DNA from: Octopus bimaculoides
Taxonomy: Eukaryota
Direction of reading: 5' to 3'
NCBI RefSeq assembly: GCF_001194135.2
Contig: NC_068992.1
Location: forward strand, 679,189 to 743,188
Length of the DNA: 64,000 nt
Positions within the stretch are counted from its first letter, which is position 1, and each line of letters starts with the position of its first letter. The notes beneath the pieces were generated by a model, which worked only from the letters and a program-made list of their open reading frames with translations, was not told the DNA's origin and made no database searches. Of this stretch, positions 1 to 10,300 are shown piece after piece. A program made the translations under genes and the position numbers.

Positions 1-615
1 AGCTGGCTAACGATGAAACATAAAAAGGAGAGGAAGAAAATATGACGAAAGAAAATGGCGAAGCAAGAAAAGAAGTAAAAAGAGTAAAAAGAGATGAAGA
101 GTAAGAAGAAAAGCAAGAGTGGATGAAGACGAAGAGGGAAAAGAAGAGGAGGAGGAGGAGAAGGTGGAAAGGGACGAAAAGAAGGAAGGAGGAAAAGAAG
201 TAATAATAGTAGTAAAAGACGAAAAAAATGAAAAGATGTTGATGTGGGAGGGCAGAGAGCAGAAAGATGAAAGATGAAGTGTATAAATATAATTCAGATG
301 GCAGGATAAGAAAATTGATAAATATATTATATTTACTACATCCAAAATATAGTTGGTTGCAAAAATTGAAGACTCCCACACGCAATATTTTCTCAAGTAT
401 TGGAGGAAAAAAGTGTTTCGCATTGAAACGGTTTTGACTAAATATTGGAAGGGCGGACTCCGCTGATTGACCTAAAACAAATTAACGAAACCCTAAGATC
501 CTAAATTGTACTTATCAGCTAAATAAATTGCTTTAGCCCCACGATGATCTCGTTCCTATAGGCTTATGTTAAGAACACATAGGCCCATGCATTCGTACCA
601 TATTCAGATCACACA

Positions 616-750
616 TACGAGCGGTGTATGAAAAGTCTTCAGCCTCAAAATCACAAAAAAACATGGGACAAGATTTCTGATGAAGATACACGACTTCGAG
701 GCTCAAAGGCTTTGAAAGCTCAAAACTTTTCATACACCCCTCCCCCCGTA
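616..750. mobile_element. Tc1/mariner-type MITE relic
   Basis: Inverted ends TACGAGCGGTGTATGAAAAGT (616-636) and ACTTTTCATACACCCC...CGTA (725-750). The TACGAG start and TA termini resemble mariner TIRs. No coding capacity. Confidence 0.65.
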
Positions 751-1704
751 TCTTTCAGCAACGTTACCGGAAAAGAACACCACGCAGTTAAAAAAAGTTT
801 AACCAAGAAGGAAAATGCTTGTCTTTAATGCTTAAAATCTTGTCTACCATACACCATATTTCATTATATCCACCAAAGATAAACAGTCTAACCTTCAACA
901 TCAAAAGAAGTCGACTTTGTGATTCAACTTCACCAGACAATATCAGATTCATATTGCACAAATAAGTCAAAAAAGACTGAGATACTGAGAGAGTGAGCAT
1001 AAAACGATTGAATGGTGCTGTATGCATATCAGAGCTGATCTTGAATACCGTAGTAGCACGACCAGGCAATGGATGTTTAGAAGAGTTTCATATCCTCTCG
1101 GTTGAAGTTACAACTATTTTAAATATTGCGTTTGAAATACGTTAATATATGCAGAAATTACCATTATCGCCGTTCAAAAACATTTGCCCCTTTCACATGC
1201 AACAATGGATACCTTGTATCAACAGAAAGGCAAAGACTGAATGGACACTGAAACCTAGCATAAAGAAATCAAATCAAGAAAAGCAGGTAGGATAATCCAC
1301 TTGAGGGATATTATCAAAACAATCATAAAAGTCGAGAACACATTAACATCAAATAAATTTTAATGATACTAAGAACGAATATAATACAAAATACATTTAA
1401 CACATCAAAAAGTCACAATGGAAGAAACATAAAGAAGAAAAAATAAGATTGTGCTGCATGCACTAAAGTCGAAAACAATTGGCCACTACGTTGAGAATTA
1501 CAAGTAATAGGAAAGCCTTTGGAAAAGACTAAGTGCCAAACTTGTAACTGACTTGTGCCCCTTACTAAATTAAAAGGCTAACTTTATAGGATTCTGGTGG
1601 AGGATACAATATGGCACTCTAAAATGTGAAGAAAGAAAACCAAGCTTTGGGGTCTTTTGTGTGCCTTTTGAAATTTGTTACGTTTTTCTGCAAGAGCAAA
1701 CCAT

Positions 1705-1787
1705 TTCTTCTTCTTCTTCTTCTTCTTCTTCTTCTTCTTCTTCTTCTTCTTCTTCTTCTTCTTCTTCTTCTTCTTCTTCTTCTTCTT

Positions 1788-1867
<80 letters not shown>
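1705..1867. repeat. Compound microsatellite (TTC)n(TTA)n
   Basis: Directly visible. Explains the poly-L/S/F/K ORFs in the track. Confidence 0.98.
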
Positions 1868-3094
1868 CAGTGGGAAATAATGATTGTCGTTTCTGGGCAG
1901 TTTTGCGTTTTAAAGGACACGCTTCCGTCTCCCAAACATCGATTCTAGGGCCGGAGCCAAATAGGTTGAGGACACCGCATCTGTTTTTGTTCTTGCTGTA
2001 CTCAAATCTGTAACCAAAGGTCCTATAGAAAAGCGAGGTCCTTGGAACCTGATTTGATTTAAATTTATACTTAAAGTTTATGAATTGCTGGGTTATGAAA
2101 TCAAATTGAGAATAAAATTTCCCGATGATCTTCATCTAAAGTTTTCTCCTCTCTTACAACACGCCTTAAAACGTAGATACGTGCAACACTTCAATAGTAA
2201 ATGTGCATTAAGGTGTCTTCAAGTGTAACTTTCTTTATACATACTTCCTTTCAAATAACATGAAATGAATAAAACTTGCTATAAGTTATACAAAAGATTT
2301 TCATGAATCACAACAAAAGCATTATTAAAACTTTATGGTGAGTTTTAATCAATTTCATAGTAAAAGATGTAAGCTTTGTAAAATTTAGTTTGCATCTAAA
2401 ATTCATTATTTGTCATTATTCAGAAGCAGAAATACGTCTTCATATCGGAAACCAGATAGCAAGAACTAAACTACGATATGACATTACATCATAGGTGAAT
2501 GAAGCGGTGATTAATGCTGTGACGCTGAGTTTATTCTCTATAAATCCTCCCCAATATATCTGAATATAAATGTCTTTTATTTTTTTTTTTATAAATTTAA
2601 TGGCATATATTTAAGCATCAACTGAACATTCTGCCTGCATTACGAGCTTCACCTCCGTCCATTCGTTGCTCGGTGAGCATTTGAACGAAGAGGGTGTGTT
2701 TCTTCAAACCTCTCAGCCTCGTCCACTCACAACCTCTTCGCCAAAGCCGCTAAACAGAAGAAAACCGCCTGCCCTGCCTTGTTGGAAGTGGGCGGTGGGG
2801 TGATCCTCACGAAGGATTTGGTCGATATCTGGATTTGTTCAACACGCTATAACAGCTGTTCGACATAACTCCACAGGTCAGTAATCCTCAGACACTCCAC
2901 GAGTGCACGCAGAAAGTTTTCGTCGCTCAGCTCGCAACTCGTACAGTTCGAACGTGACAGGGCTTCGGTACCCATAAAGTTTATCGCGAACTGGCAGTGC
3001 TCCTCGGTAGCCTGACGATATTCCAAATGCACGTGCTTATTAATGATAGTGATGAAATAATAATAATATTATAATAATAATGGTAAAAATAATG

Positions 3095-3290
3095 CTGGTT
3101 TCAAAATTCTGCACAAGGGCACCAAGTTCGGAAGTGTAGGTACGTGGATTGCATCAACGTCAGTACAATTGGTACTTATTTTATCGACACCGAGAAGATG
3201 AAAGGCAAAGATAACCTCGGCAGAATTTGAACTTAGAACATAACGATGGAGGAAATGCCGCTAAGAACTTTGTCCTGCGTGCTAACTGAT
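3095..3290 (-). mobile_element. tRNA-derived SINE, family A
   Basis: Reverse-complement match to the copies at 7411 and 63711 (GATGAAAGGCAAAG..ACCTCGGCAGAATTTGAAC..AGAAC), with a TAA-rich tail at 3060-3095. Confidence 0.8.
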
Positions 3291-3452
3291 AAGTCTACGG
3301 TATTGAGCAACATATTTGCTGTAGCTCAAGTTTTACACGAAGACAAAACATGTACACGATAATACGTTCAGTCATTTAAAATCAGAAGTTATGAGAAGGA
3401 GAGAGTTAGTCCCTTTCACTTGTTTGCCAACCAAAGAATAATAGTACCTTCC

Positions 3453-3506
3453 CCTCTCTCCCTCTGTCTCTGTCTCTGTCTCTGTCTCTGTCTCTGTCTC
3501 TGTCTG

Positions 3507-3542
<36 letters not shown>

Positions 3543-3543
3543 T
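3453..3543. repeat. (CT)n/(CTCTGT)n microsatellite
   Basis: Directly visible. Confidence 0.95.
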
Positions 3544-4979
3544 GACCCGTTGAATTTTCACTTGTTTGCTGACCAATAAATGATGATTGTAAGCCGTGAT
3601 GCTTTTCCAAACATTGCTATATATATCTAAATATTAGCTGTTCCTTCCTATCTCTGTTTTTCTTTTCTCTGTATTTACTTAATGTCTCCATCCTGTAAAT
3701 CTGCAGCCCTTTTTTGTTTTCTAAAAACAGACTATGCTGGCTTTAAATTCCCCCCACTCTTTCTATCTCTCTCTACACATGCGCGCTGCTTCTTTTAATG
3801 TTTTTACTTAGTACCTATCTCCCTCCTTTCTTCTGTCTCTCTTTCTGACACGTTCAATTTTCACCTGTTCGCTGACCAAACAAGAGCGTGATCATAAGCT
3901 GTTTGGCTATAATGAATATTGCTATTGTACATCCCATATTAGCAATCTCCATCTCCATTTTTTGTTTCCTTATATTTATATAATGTTCCTGTTCTGTTGC
4001 ACCACTTTTCCGAAACACTTTCCCAGTCCTCCTCACGCTTCTACCTTAGATCCAGAATTTTGGTAGACCAATCAAACTGCTTGTAAGCTCATTAAAATAA
4101 TGTAGCTGAGGAGTTGCAGAAATGGGAGGTTCTGAAATATCTCACTGTGTTCGAAAATAAGACTGGTCGGTGAAGTTAGCTCTCTATATTCCAGACACAG
4201 CAAACCAAACTAGCAGTCCATTTTCTATGGCTACAGAAAGTAGCGAACACAAAGACAAGGACAGCAACAGTAACAACTCTAAACAACAATGAAAACAGCT
4301 GAGCCACCGTGGCTACAGAGGCCAGTCACTACATGAACAAAAGCAATGACAGTAGCAGTAATGATCATAGAAAGAAGAAGAACAATGACAACAGAGCTAT
4401 CGTGGCTACAGGAAATAGGCAGAACAACGGAAATAATAAGAAAGACATTAAGAACGCTAAAAGGAACAATAGAGCTTATAACAGAGCCACCACCACCCCC
4501 TCCACCACCGCCGACAACCACAAGCAAATAAAAACACAAGGGAACAATTTTGAACAACATTTCTGTTGAATTTTCTTCTTCATTTGATTTAGACTAAAAT
4601 TGATGTGTTGATTTCAGAACTGCAGTTAGTTTTCTTCTATCACACAGCTTACTCTCTGAATAAGCTCAATTGTATTGTCTGTCCCCAAGTAAAAGATCTG
4701 GTCAGCTGCTTTTAATATTTTATTGATTACCCTGGGGAACATTTCTGAAAGAAATTTTCGTTGTCTTTGCTTTTAATAATTAGTCCAACCTAATTTGACG
4801 TTGTTGGATGCAGGAATGAGCTTAGAAATTTTCAATCATGTCCAGTGTTTGTGTCACCTCATCGCCATATCCCTCACTATGAGCGAAACATCTTGTGGAC
4901 AGAACTACACAGTCAGCATCTCAGAAAGATACAGAACGTCGCAACAGAGGAGTAGTGGTTATGACTGGAGAATGGAAAC

Positions 4980-5450
4980 ATAAGAACGAAGCAGGATTCC
5001 TAATGGCTGCTCAAAGCCAGTCATTGCAGGCGAATATCATTAAGACCAAAATAGACAAATCCGTCAAAAATGCTGAGTAAATAATGAGAAAGATGGAACT
5101 ATTATGCACATAAGATCCTGAAGTCTTTTGGTACAGACGGAATATAGATTCAGATAGAATTATGTGGCCAAGACACTACTCTGAGACATGTTACGGCAAA
5201 GAGAATTAAAGCAGGAACAAAATGGTGCGAACATCAAATAGAAATTGTAATACAGAACCACCGATACAGGTTTTTATGGGATCTTCATGTACAGACTGAT
5301 CGAGAAATTCATAGCAGGCGACCAGATATGGTTCTTAACAAGCGGGAAAAGTGTGCACCTAGAAAAGTACGATGACTGTGGAGGGTTTCCACAAAAGTAA
5401 TCCCAGTTGCTATAGATGCCGTAGGTACAGTCACCAACAGACTTTACAAT
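4980..5450 (+). mobile_element. Decayed R4/Dong-clade non-LTR retrotransposon, C-terminal zinc-knuckle/RLE region
   Basis: Translates to EAGFLMAAQSQSLQANIIKTKIDKS, then KWCEHQIEIVIQNHRYRFLWDLHVQTDREIHSRRPDMV and KVIPVAIDAVGTV. These match the R4 E.EG.I.AAQ.Q, LWD..IQTDR.I..RRPD and IPV.IGALG motifs. Contains stops and frameshifts. Confidence 0.85.
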
Positions 5451-5749
5451 TTATTGATTCTGGAAGGATGAAAAGTGAAGTTGACCGTGGCAACGTTTGA
5501 ACCCATGACATAAGGTTGAACCTTTAAGGCAAAACATTACTTTAAAAGCTCTAAACATTCTACCGGCTCGCCATTTTTAATGGTTTCTGATATAGGTACA
5601 AGACTAGTCATTCTGAAAGTTGGCGGTTAACCGAACCAGCAACAGAAGTATTTAACTGGTATGTTATGTTATCAACGCTGAAAGGATGAAAAGTAAAGAT
5701 GACCTCGACCGGTTTGAAGTTAAACGTAAAGTACACACGTACACACACA

Positions 5750-5808
<59 letters not shown>

Positions 5809-5953
5809 GTACACCCCCCCCACACACACACAAAAATTACTGGCAGTAACCCCGCAGGCCTCCTTTTTTTTTTAACGATCTATCGATTCTACCAATCCAA
5901 CCAACTGAACAACGTTAATAATAAATTCCGAATAATGTAGACATTATTGACAG

Positions 5954-6032
5954 GTGTAAGAGTTAATAGTATAGGAGGGTATAAGAGTTAATAGCATTAA
6001 CGGGTATAAGAGCTACTAGTATTGACGGGTAT
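5954..6032. repeat. 25-bp minisatellite, about 3 diverged units
   Basis: Units GTGTAAGAGTTAATAGTATAGGAGG / GTATAAGAGTTAATAGCATTAACGG / GTATAAGAGCTACTAGTATTGACGG. Confidence 0.85.
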
Positions 6033-6465
6033 GCAGATAACCCGTATATATTAGCATTTGAATGAAAACCGATGTGTAGAGCTGAGAATCAATTATTGGG
6101 AGCTAAAGAATACTCTAGTTATCCAGGAAGTGACACACATATTTCGAAATGGCAAAGGTCGGTTACGAAAATGGAGATTATCCGGAGTAATAAAATGGTA
6201 AGAGGAGGCAAGGAAAGCTGAGAATATAAAGTGATTGTAAAGTGGATGAATGAACGAATGAAAAACAAAATGAAGCCAGGCTGGTGAAGCATTTAGATCA
6301 ATAGAGAAATATTTCAGCCTGATCTCTTTGTTGTAGTTGTTTATGATACGCATGATATATTCAACGCTACTACAATATATAGCGAGCAATTATTTACTTA
6401 TAGACCACAGGCAGTTTAACGCACATTCTGTTTATCGATGGATGGAAGCTTAATTTCAAATAGAT

Positions 6466-6479
6466 TTTGTAATAATATT

Positions 6480-6521
<42 letters not shown>
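6466..6521. repeat. (AAT)n microsatellite
   Basis: Directly visible. Confidence 0.95.
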
Positions 6522-6522
<1 letters not shown>

Positions 6523-7410
6523 TTGAAAAAAAAAGACAGTTTTTTTTTTAGATTTAAAGAAGATGGAATGAAATTTATTATTAAAAAGAGCAACGTTTTA
6601 ACAAGGAAAGATACAATACTAGTGAAAGAAACGGAAAACAACAGACAAGAATAGAAACATAACCATGACTATAAATATTTCGGTACAATAGAGTTGGATG
6701 CGATAAATAAACTATTAGGAGCCATCATTTTAGGAAGCATCGTTTAGGAATGCATATCGCTTATCTAAGATAAATGGTAAAAGTAATATTCTAACCGTTA
6801 ACACATTAGCCATATCTATATGCAATATAGTGAAGGAATCTTAAACGAAGATAAACGTGTGAAGGTTAATTATGGTAAAAATGCAAAGAGTAATTAAGCT
6901 CTATAAAGTCATCAAACCCTGAAGCGATATTAAGTCTTATATACTTTCGTAAAAAGAATAAATGGAAGAAAATGAAGGGAACATTACAAGTTATGCATGT
7001 TTATAGATCGAGAAAAAAAATCTACAACATGGTAGCTAAAGAAAGTTGCGATAGTTTGCTTTGTATGGGATTAAGAAGCTGGAAGAGTTATGATTGAAGA
7101 ATAAATAAGTTCTGAGGAATTTGACCGAAAATATCTCACAAGATTGGAAATACAAATCAAACAAACTTAAAACGAATTGACGTGTTTTATAGATGTGGAA
7201 GAATACATGAATAAATACAAATTGTAGTAATGCCGGACAGCATGGATCTGTTTGGCTGAGTAGAGCGATGCAAATCCACTAACTTAATTGTGTTCCTGTA
7301 ACTGTCTTGTATTCCAGTGTTAATATGTGATACTTTGGTACAAAACTGTACTCGCTGCAAACGCTCCCTAATTCCTATTTCTTTATTAATAACACACACG
7401 CACAAAAGCC

Positions 7411-7610
7411 GTGAGCTGGCAGAATCGTTAGCATGCCGGACGAAATGCTTAGTGGTATTTCGTCTGCTGTTACGTTCTGAGTTCAAATTCCGCAGAGGTT
7501 GACTTTGCAATTGAGTACCAGTTGAGTACTGGGGTCGATGTAATCGACTTAATCCCTCTGTCGGTCCTTGTTTGTCCCCTCTATGTTTAGTCCCTTGTGG
7601 GCAATAAAGA
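7411..7610 (+). mobile_element. tRNA-derived SINE, family A
   Basis: Head GAGCTGGCAGAATCGTTAGC, B-box-like GAGTTCAAATTCC, body GAGTACTGGGGTCGATGTAATCGAC. Shared with several other copies in this window. Confidence 0.88.
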
Positions 7611-7615
7611 ATGAA

Positions 7616-7805
7616 GAAACGTTAGCATGGTCGGCGAACTGCTTAGCGGTATTTCGTCTGTCTTTGCGTTTTGAGCTCAAATTCCGCCGAGGTAGACGTT
7701 TCCTCTTTTCCTTTCGGGGTCGACAAATTGAGTATCAGTTGAGTACTGGGGTCAATCTAATCGACTGGCATCCTCGTCAAAAACGCGGTGCCTTTTGCCT
7801 AGAGT
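7616..7805 (+). mobile_element. tRNA-derived SINE, family A (second tandem copy)
   Basis: GTTAGCATGGTCGGCGAACTGCTTAGCGGTATTTCG..CAAATTCCGCCGAGG..CCTTTCGGGGTCGA..GAGTACTGGGGTC, homologous to the 7411 copy. Confidence 0.85.
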
Positions 7806-7840
7806 AGAATAGAATAACATACACGCACACACATACAACT

Positions 7841-7886
<46 letters not shown>

Positions 7887-7949
7887 ACNNNNNNNNNNNN
7901 NNNNNNNNNNNNNNNNNNNNNNNNNNNNNNNNNNNNNNNNNNNNNNNNN

Positions 7950-7995
<46 letters not shown>

Positions 7996-9665
7996 ACACA
8001 CACATACATGTATAAGATTGTTTGTCTCTCACGCATCTTTGTGTGTATAGGTATATTTCTGACAACAGGAGAACAATCGTTGGTAAAAAGAGAACATTTT
8101 TTTCGGTATCCTTTTGCACTATATTAGATTAAGTATACGCCAAATGAGTAGAGCTGACATTTTAATCGAAATTATTAATAGTACTATATCAGAATTTCTT
8201 TGCGAATCAATGATCACTTAAGTATTAATAAGAAATTATTAAATATTAGTGCTGCACGAAAAAAAGATAAATTGATTCTACACAGGTAATATCAGTATTA
8301 CTGGTGCTGCTTCTCTGCTGATTCCGTAATATATTTGATGGGTTTTCCGTTGCTGTGTGGTAGACATGCAGAGAAGATAACTTATTAACCTAAAACTCAT
8401 TCCTATATTTTATTTCACCGTACTATGACTATTTAGCAAATATTCATGGATATGCCATGATAGTCACACAAAGAGACAACTATTTATTACCAAAAACATA
8501 TATGTAGTTGTATTTTCTTTCTTTTTCGTTTTTCTCTTCTCTCGATTTTTGTCCTCTCTGTATCTCGTTTTCTTCCGCATTCCTCCTATAGAAGAGGCTG
8601 GGTTCGAAACGTCAAAGATTTCTTCTATTTTTCCTGAGCGTCAAACTAATCCTCCAACTGATTGTATGATTTGTTGCCTTTTTCTTGCATAGTCATGTAT
8701 ATGTAGCCATATCATACACACAATGTTATCCGAAACAGTAAAACGTAGAACTACGACAATAAATCACCGGTGGTAGAACCATCTGTCTAGTTGCGAAAGC
8801 GCAAGCGAAGTAGAACAAAGGTTACTGGTAAATCACAGAGTAAGTAATTTACACTTGTTGTTTATTTCGTTTCTTGTCAACGTAATACGAGGTAGAATAC
8901 CAGGAATACAATGCAAGGCACAGGGGATACCGGCCTAAGTATCGCAAACGTCAAGCAATTCCCAATTGTTTCGATATTTGGAGACCGTTTATATAAACGA
9001 AAGTGTTGCTATACAATTATTGTTCTAACGTACAATTATAAACTCTTAGCGCGAGACTAGAATTTCTAACTAACAAACTTCCACTTCATATAATCATCAA
9101 TAATTACACTAGATGCCAATAAGACCATACGCCCTCCTATTCTGCAAGATGCCCATAAGGCTTACTTTGAATATGCGATATTATTCTCTTCGGCAAATGA
9201 CGAGGATTATCTCCTGACCTGATTATTAGATGTTGAAAGGGCACATGCGCTTGAAAGTAGGGATAATCCAGAGTCGACATATTCCTTCCTTTTGGGATTC
9301 ATATTTCATTTGCTTCTTTACTCTTTTAAAATCTCTTTTTTACTATTCACTTTTGGTTAAATCCCACTTTTAAAGGATTTCATGAAATCTCGGGTAGTCT
9401 GGTGATTGAAGTGACCATCTGTCTGGCGAAATTTTAGGCCTTCCTTGTGCTACAGATAGAAATTATAATCATCATCATCATCGTCGTCGTCGTTCTCTTC
9501 CGCCTCCTCTTCCTCCTCCTCGTCATCATCATTATCATTATTATTATTTTTATTTTTATTTTGTTATTTGTATTGACATTGAATGGAAAGTTTTAATAAA
9601 AATATATTTATGTTCGATGGAACAGTCAATCATTAAGAGGAATGAGACAAACGAAAATAAATAAA

Positions 9666-10158
9666 ATACTGAAGCAGAGAGAGAGAGAGAGAGAGANNNN
9701 NNNNNNNNNNNNNNNNNNNNNNNNNNNNNNNNNNNNNNNNNNNNNNNNNNNNNNNNNNNNNNNNNNNNNNNNNNNNNNNNNNNNNNNNNNNNNNNNNNNN
9801 NNNNNNNNNNNNNNNNNNNNNNNNNNNNNNNNNNNNNNNNNNNNNNNNNNNNNNNNNNNNNNNNNNNNNNNNNNNNNNNNNNNNNNNNNNNNNNNNNNNN
9901 NNNNNNNNNNNNNNNNNNNNNNNNNNNNNNNNNNNNNNNNNNNNNNNNNNNNNNNNNNNNNNNNNNNNNNNNNNNNNNNNNNNNNNNNNNNNNNNNNNNN
10001 NNNNNNNNNNNNNNNNNNNNNNNNNNNNNNNNNNNNNNNNNNNNNNNNNNNNNNNNNNNNNNNNNNNNNNNNNNNNNNNNNNNNNNNNNNNNNNNNNNNN
10101 NNNNNNNNNNNNNNNNNNNNNNNNNNNNNNNNNNNNNNNNNNNNNNNNNNNNNNNNNN

Positions 10159-10189
<31 letters not shown>

Positions 10190-10300
10190 CATATACATAT
10201 ATATGCGTCTCTGAATGAATATAAGTTTCTGTCTATATGCATGTATATATATATATGTGTGTATGTGTGTGTACGTGTGAGTGTGTGTGTGTATGTGTGT
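9666..10300. repeat. (GA)n and (TA)n/(TG)n microsatellites flanking an assembly gap
   Basis: Repeats are visible on both sides of an N run of about 460 bases. Confidence 0.95.

Noticed and set aside
1100-1705. Additional R4 3' end leading into the (TTC)n tract
   Set aside because: Only vague similarity. No motif could be translated with confidence.
1584-2135. Long poly-K/N/L/S/F ORFs, and the similar CV/HT/YI/X-rich ORFs throughout the track
   Set aside because: They are translations of microsatellites or N gaps.
5954-6032. CRISPR-like array
   Set aside because: Contiguous diverged units with no spacers or cas genes, in a eukaryotic context.
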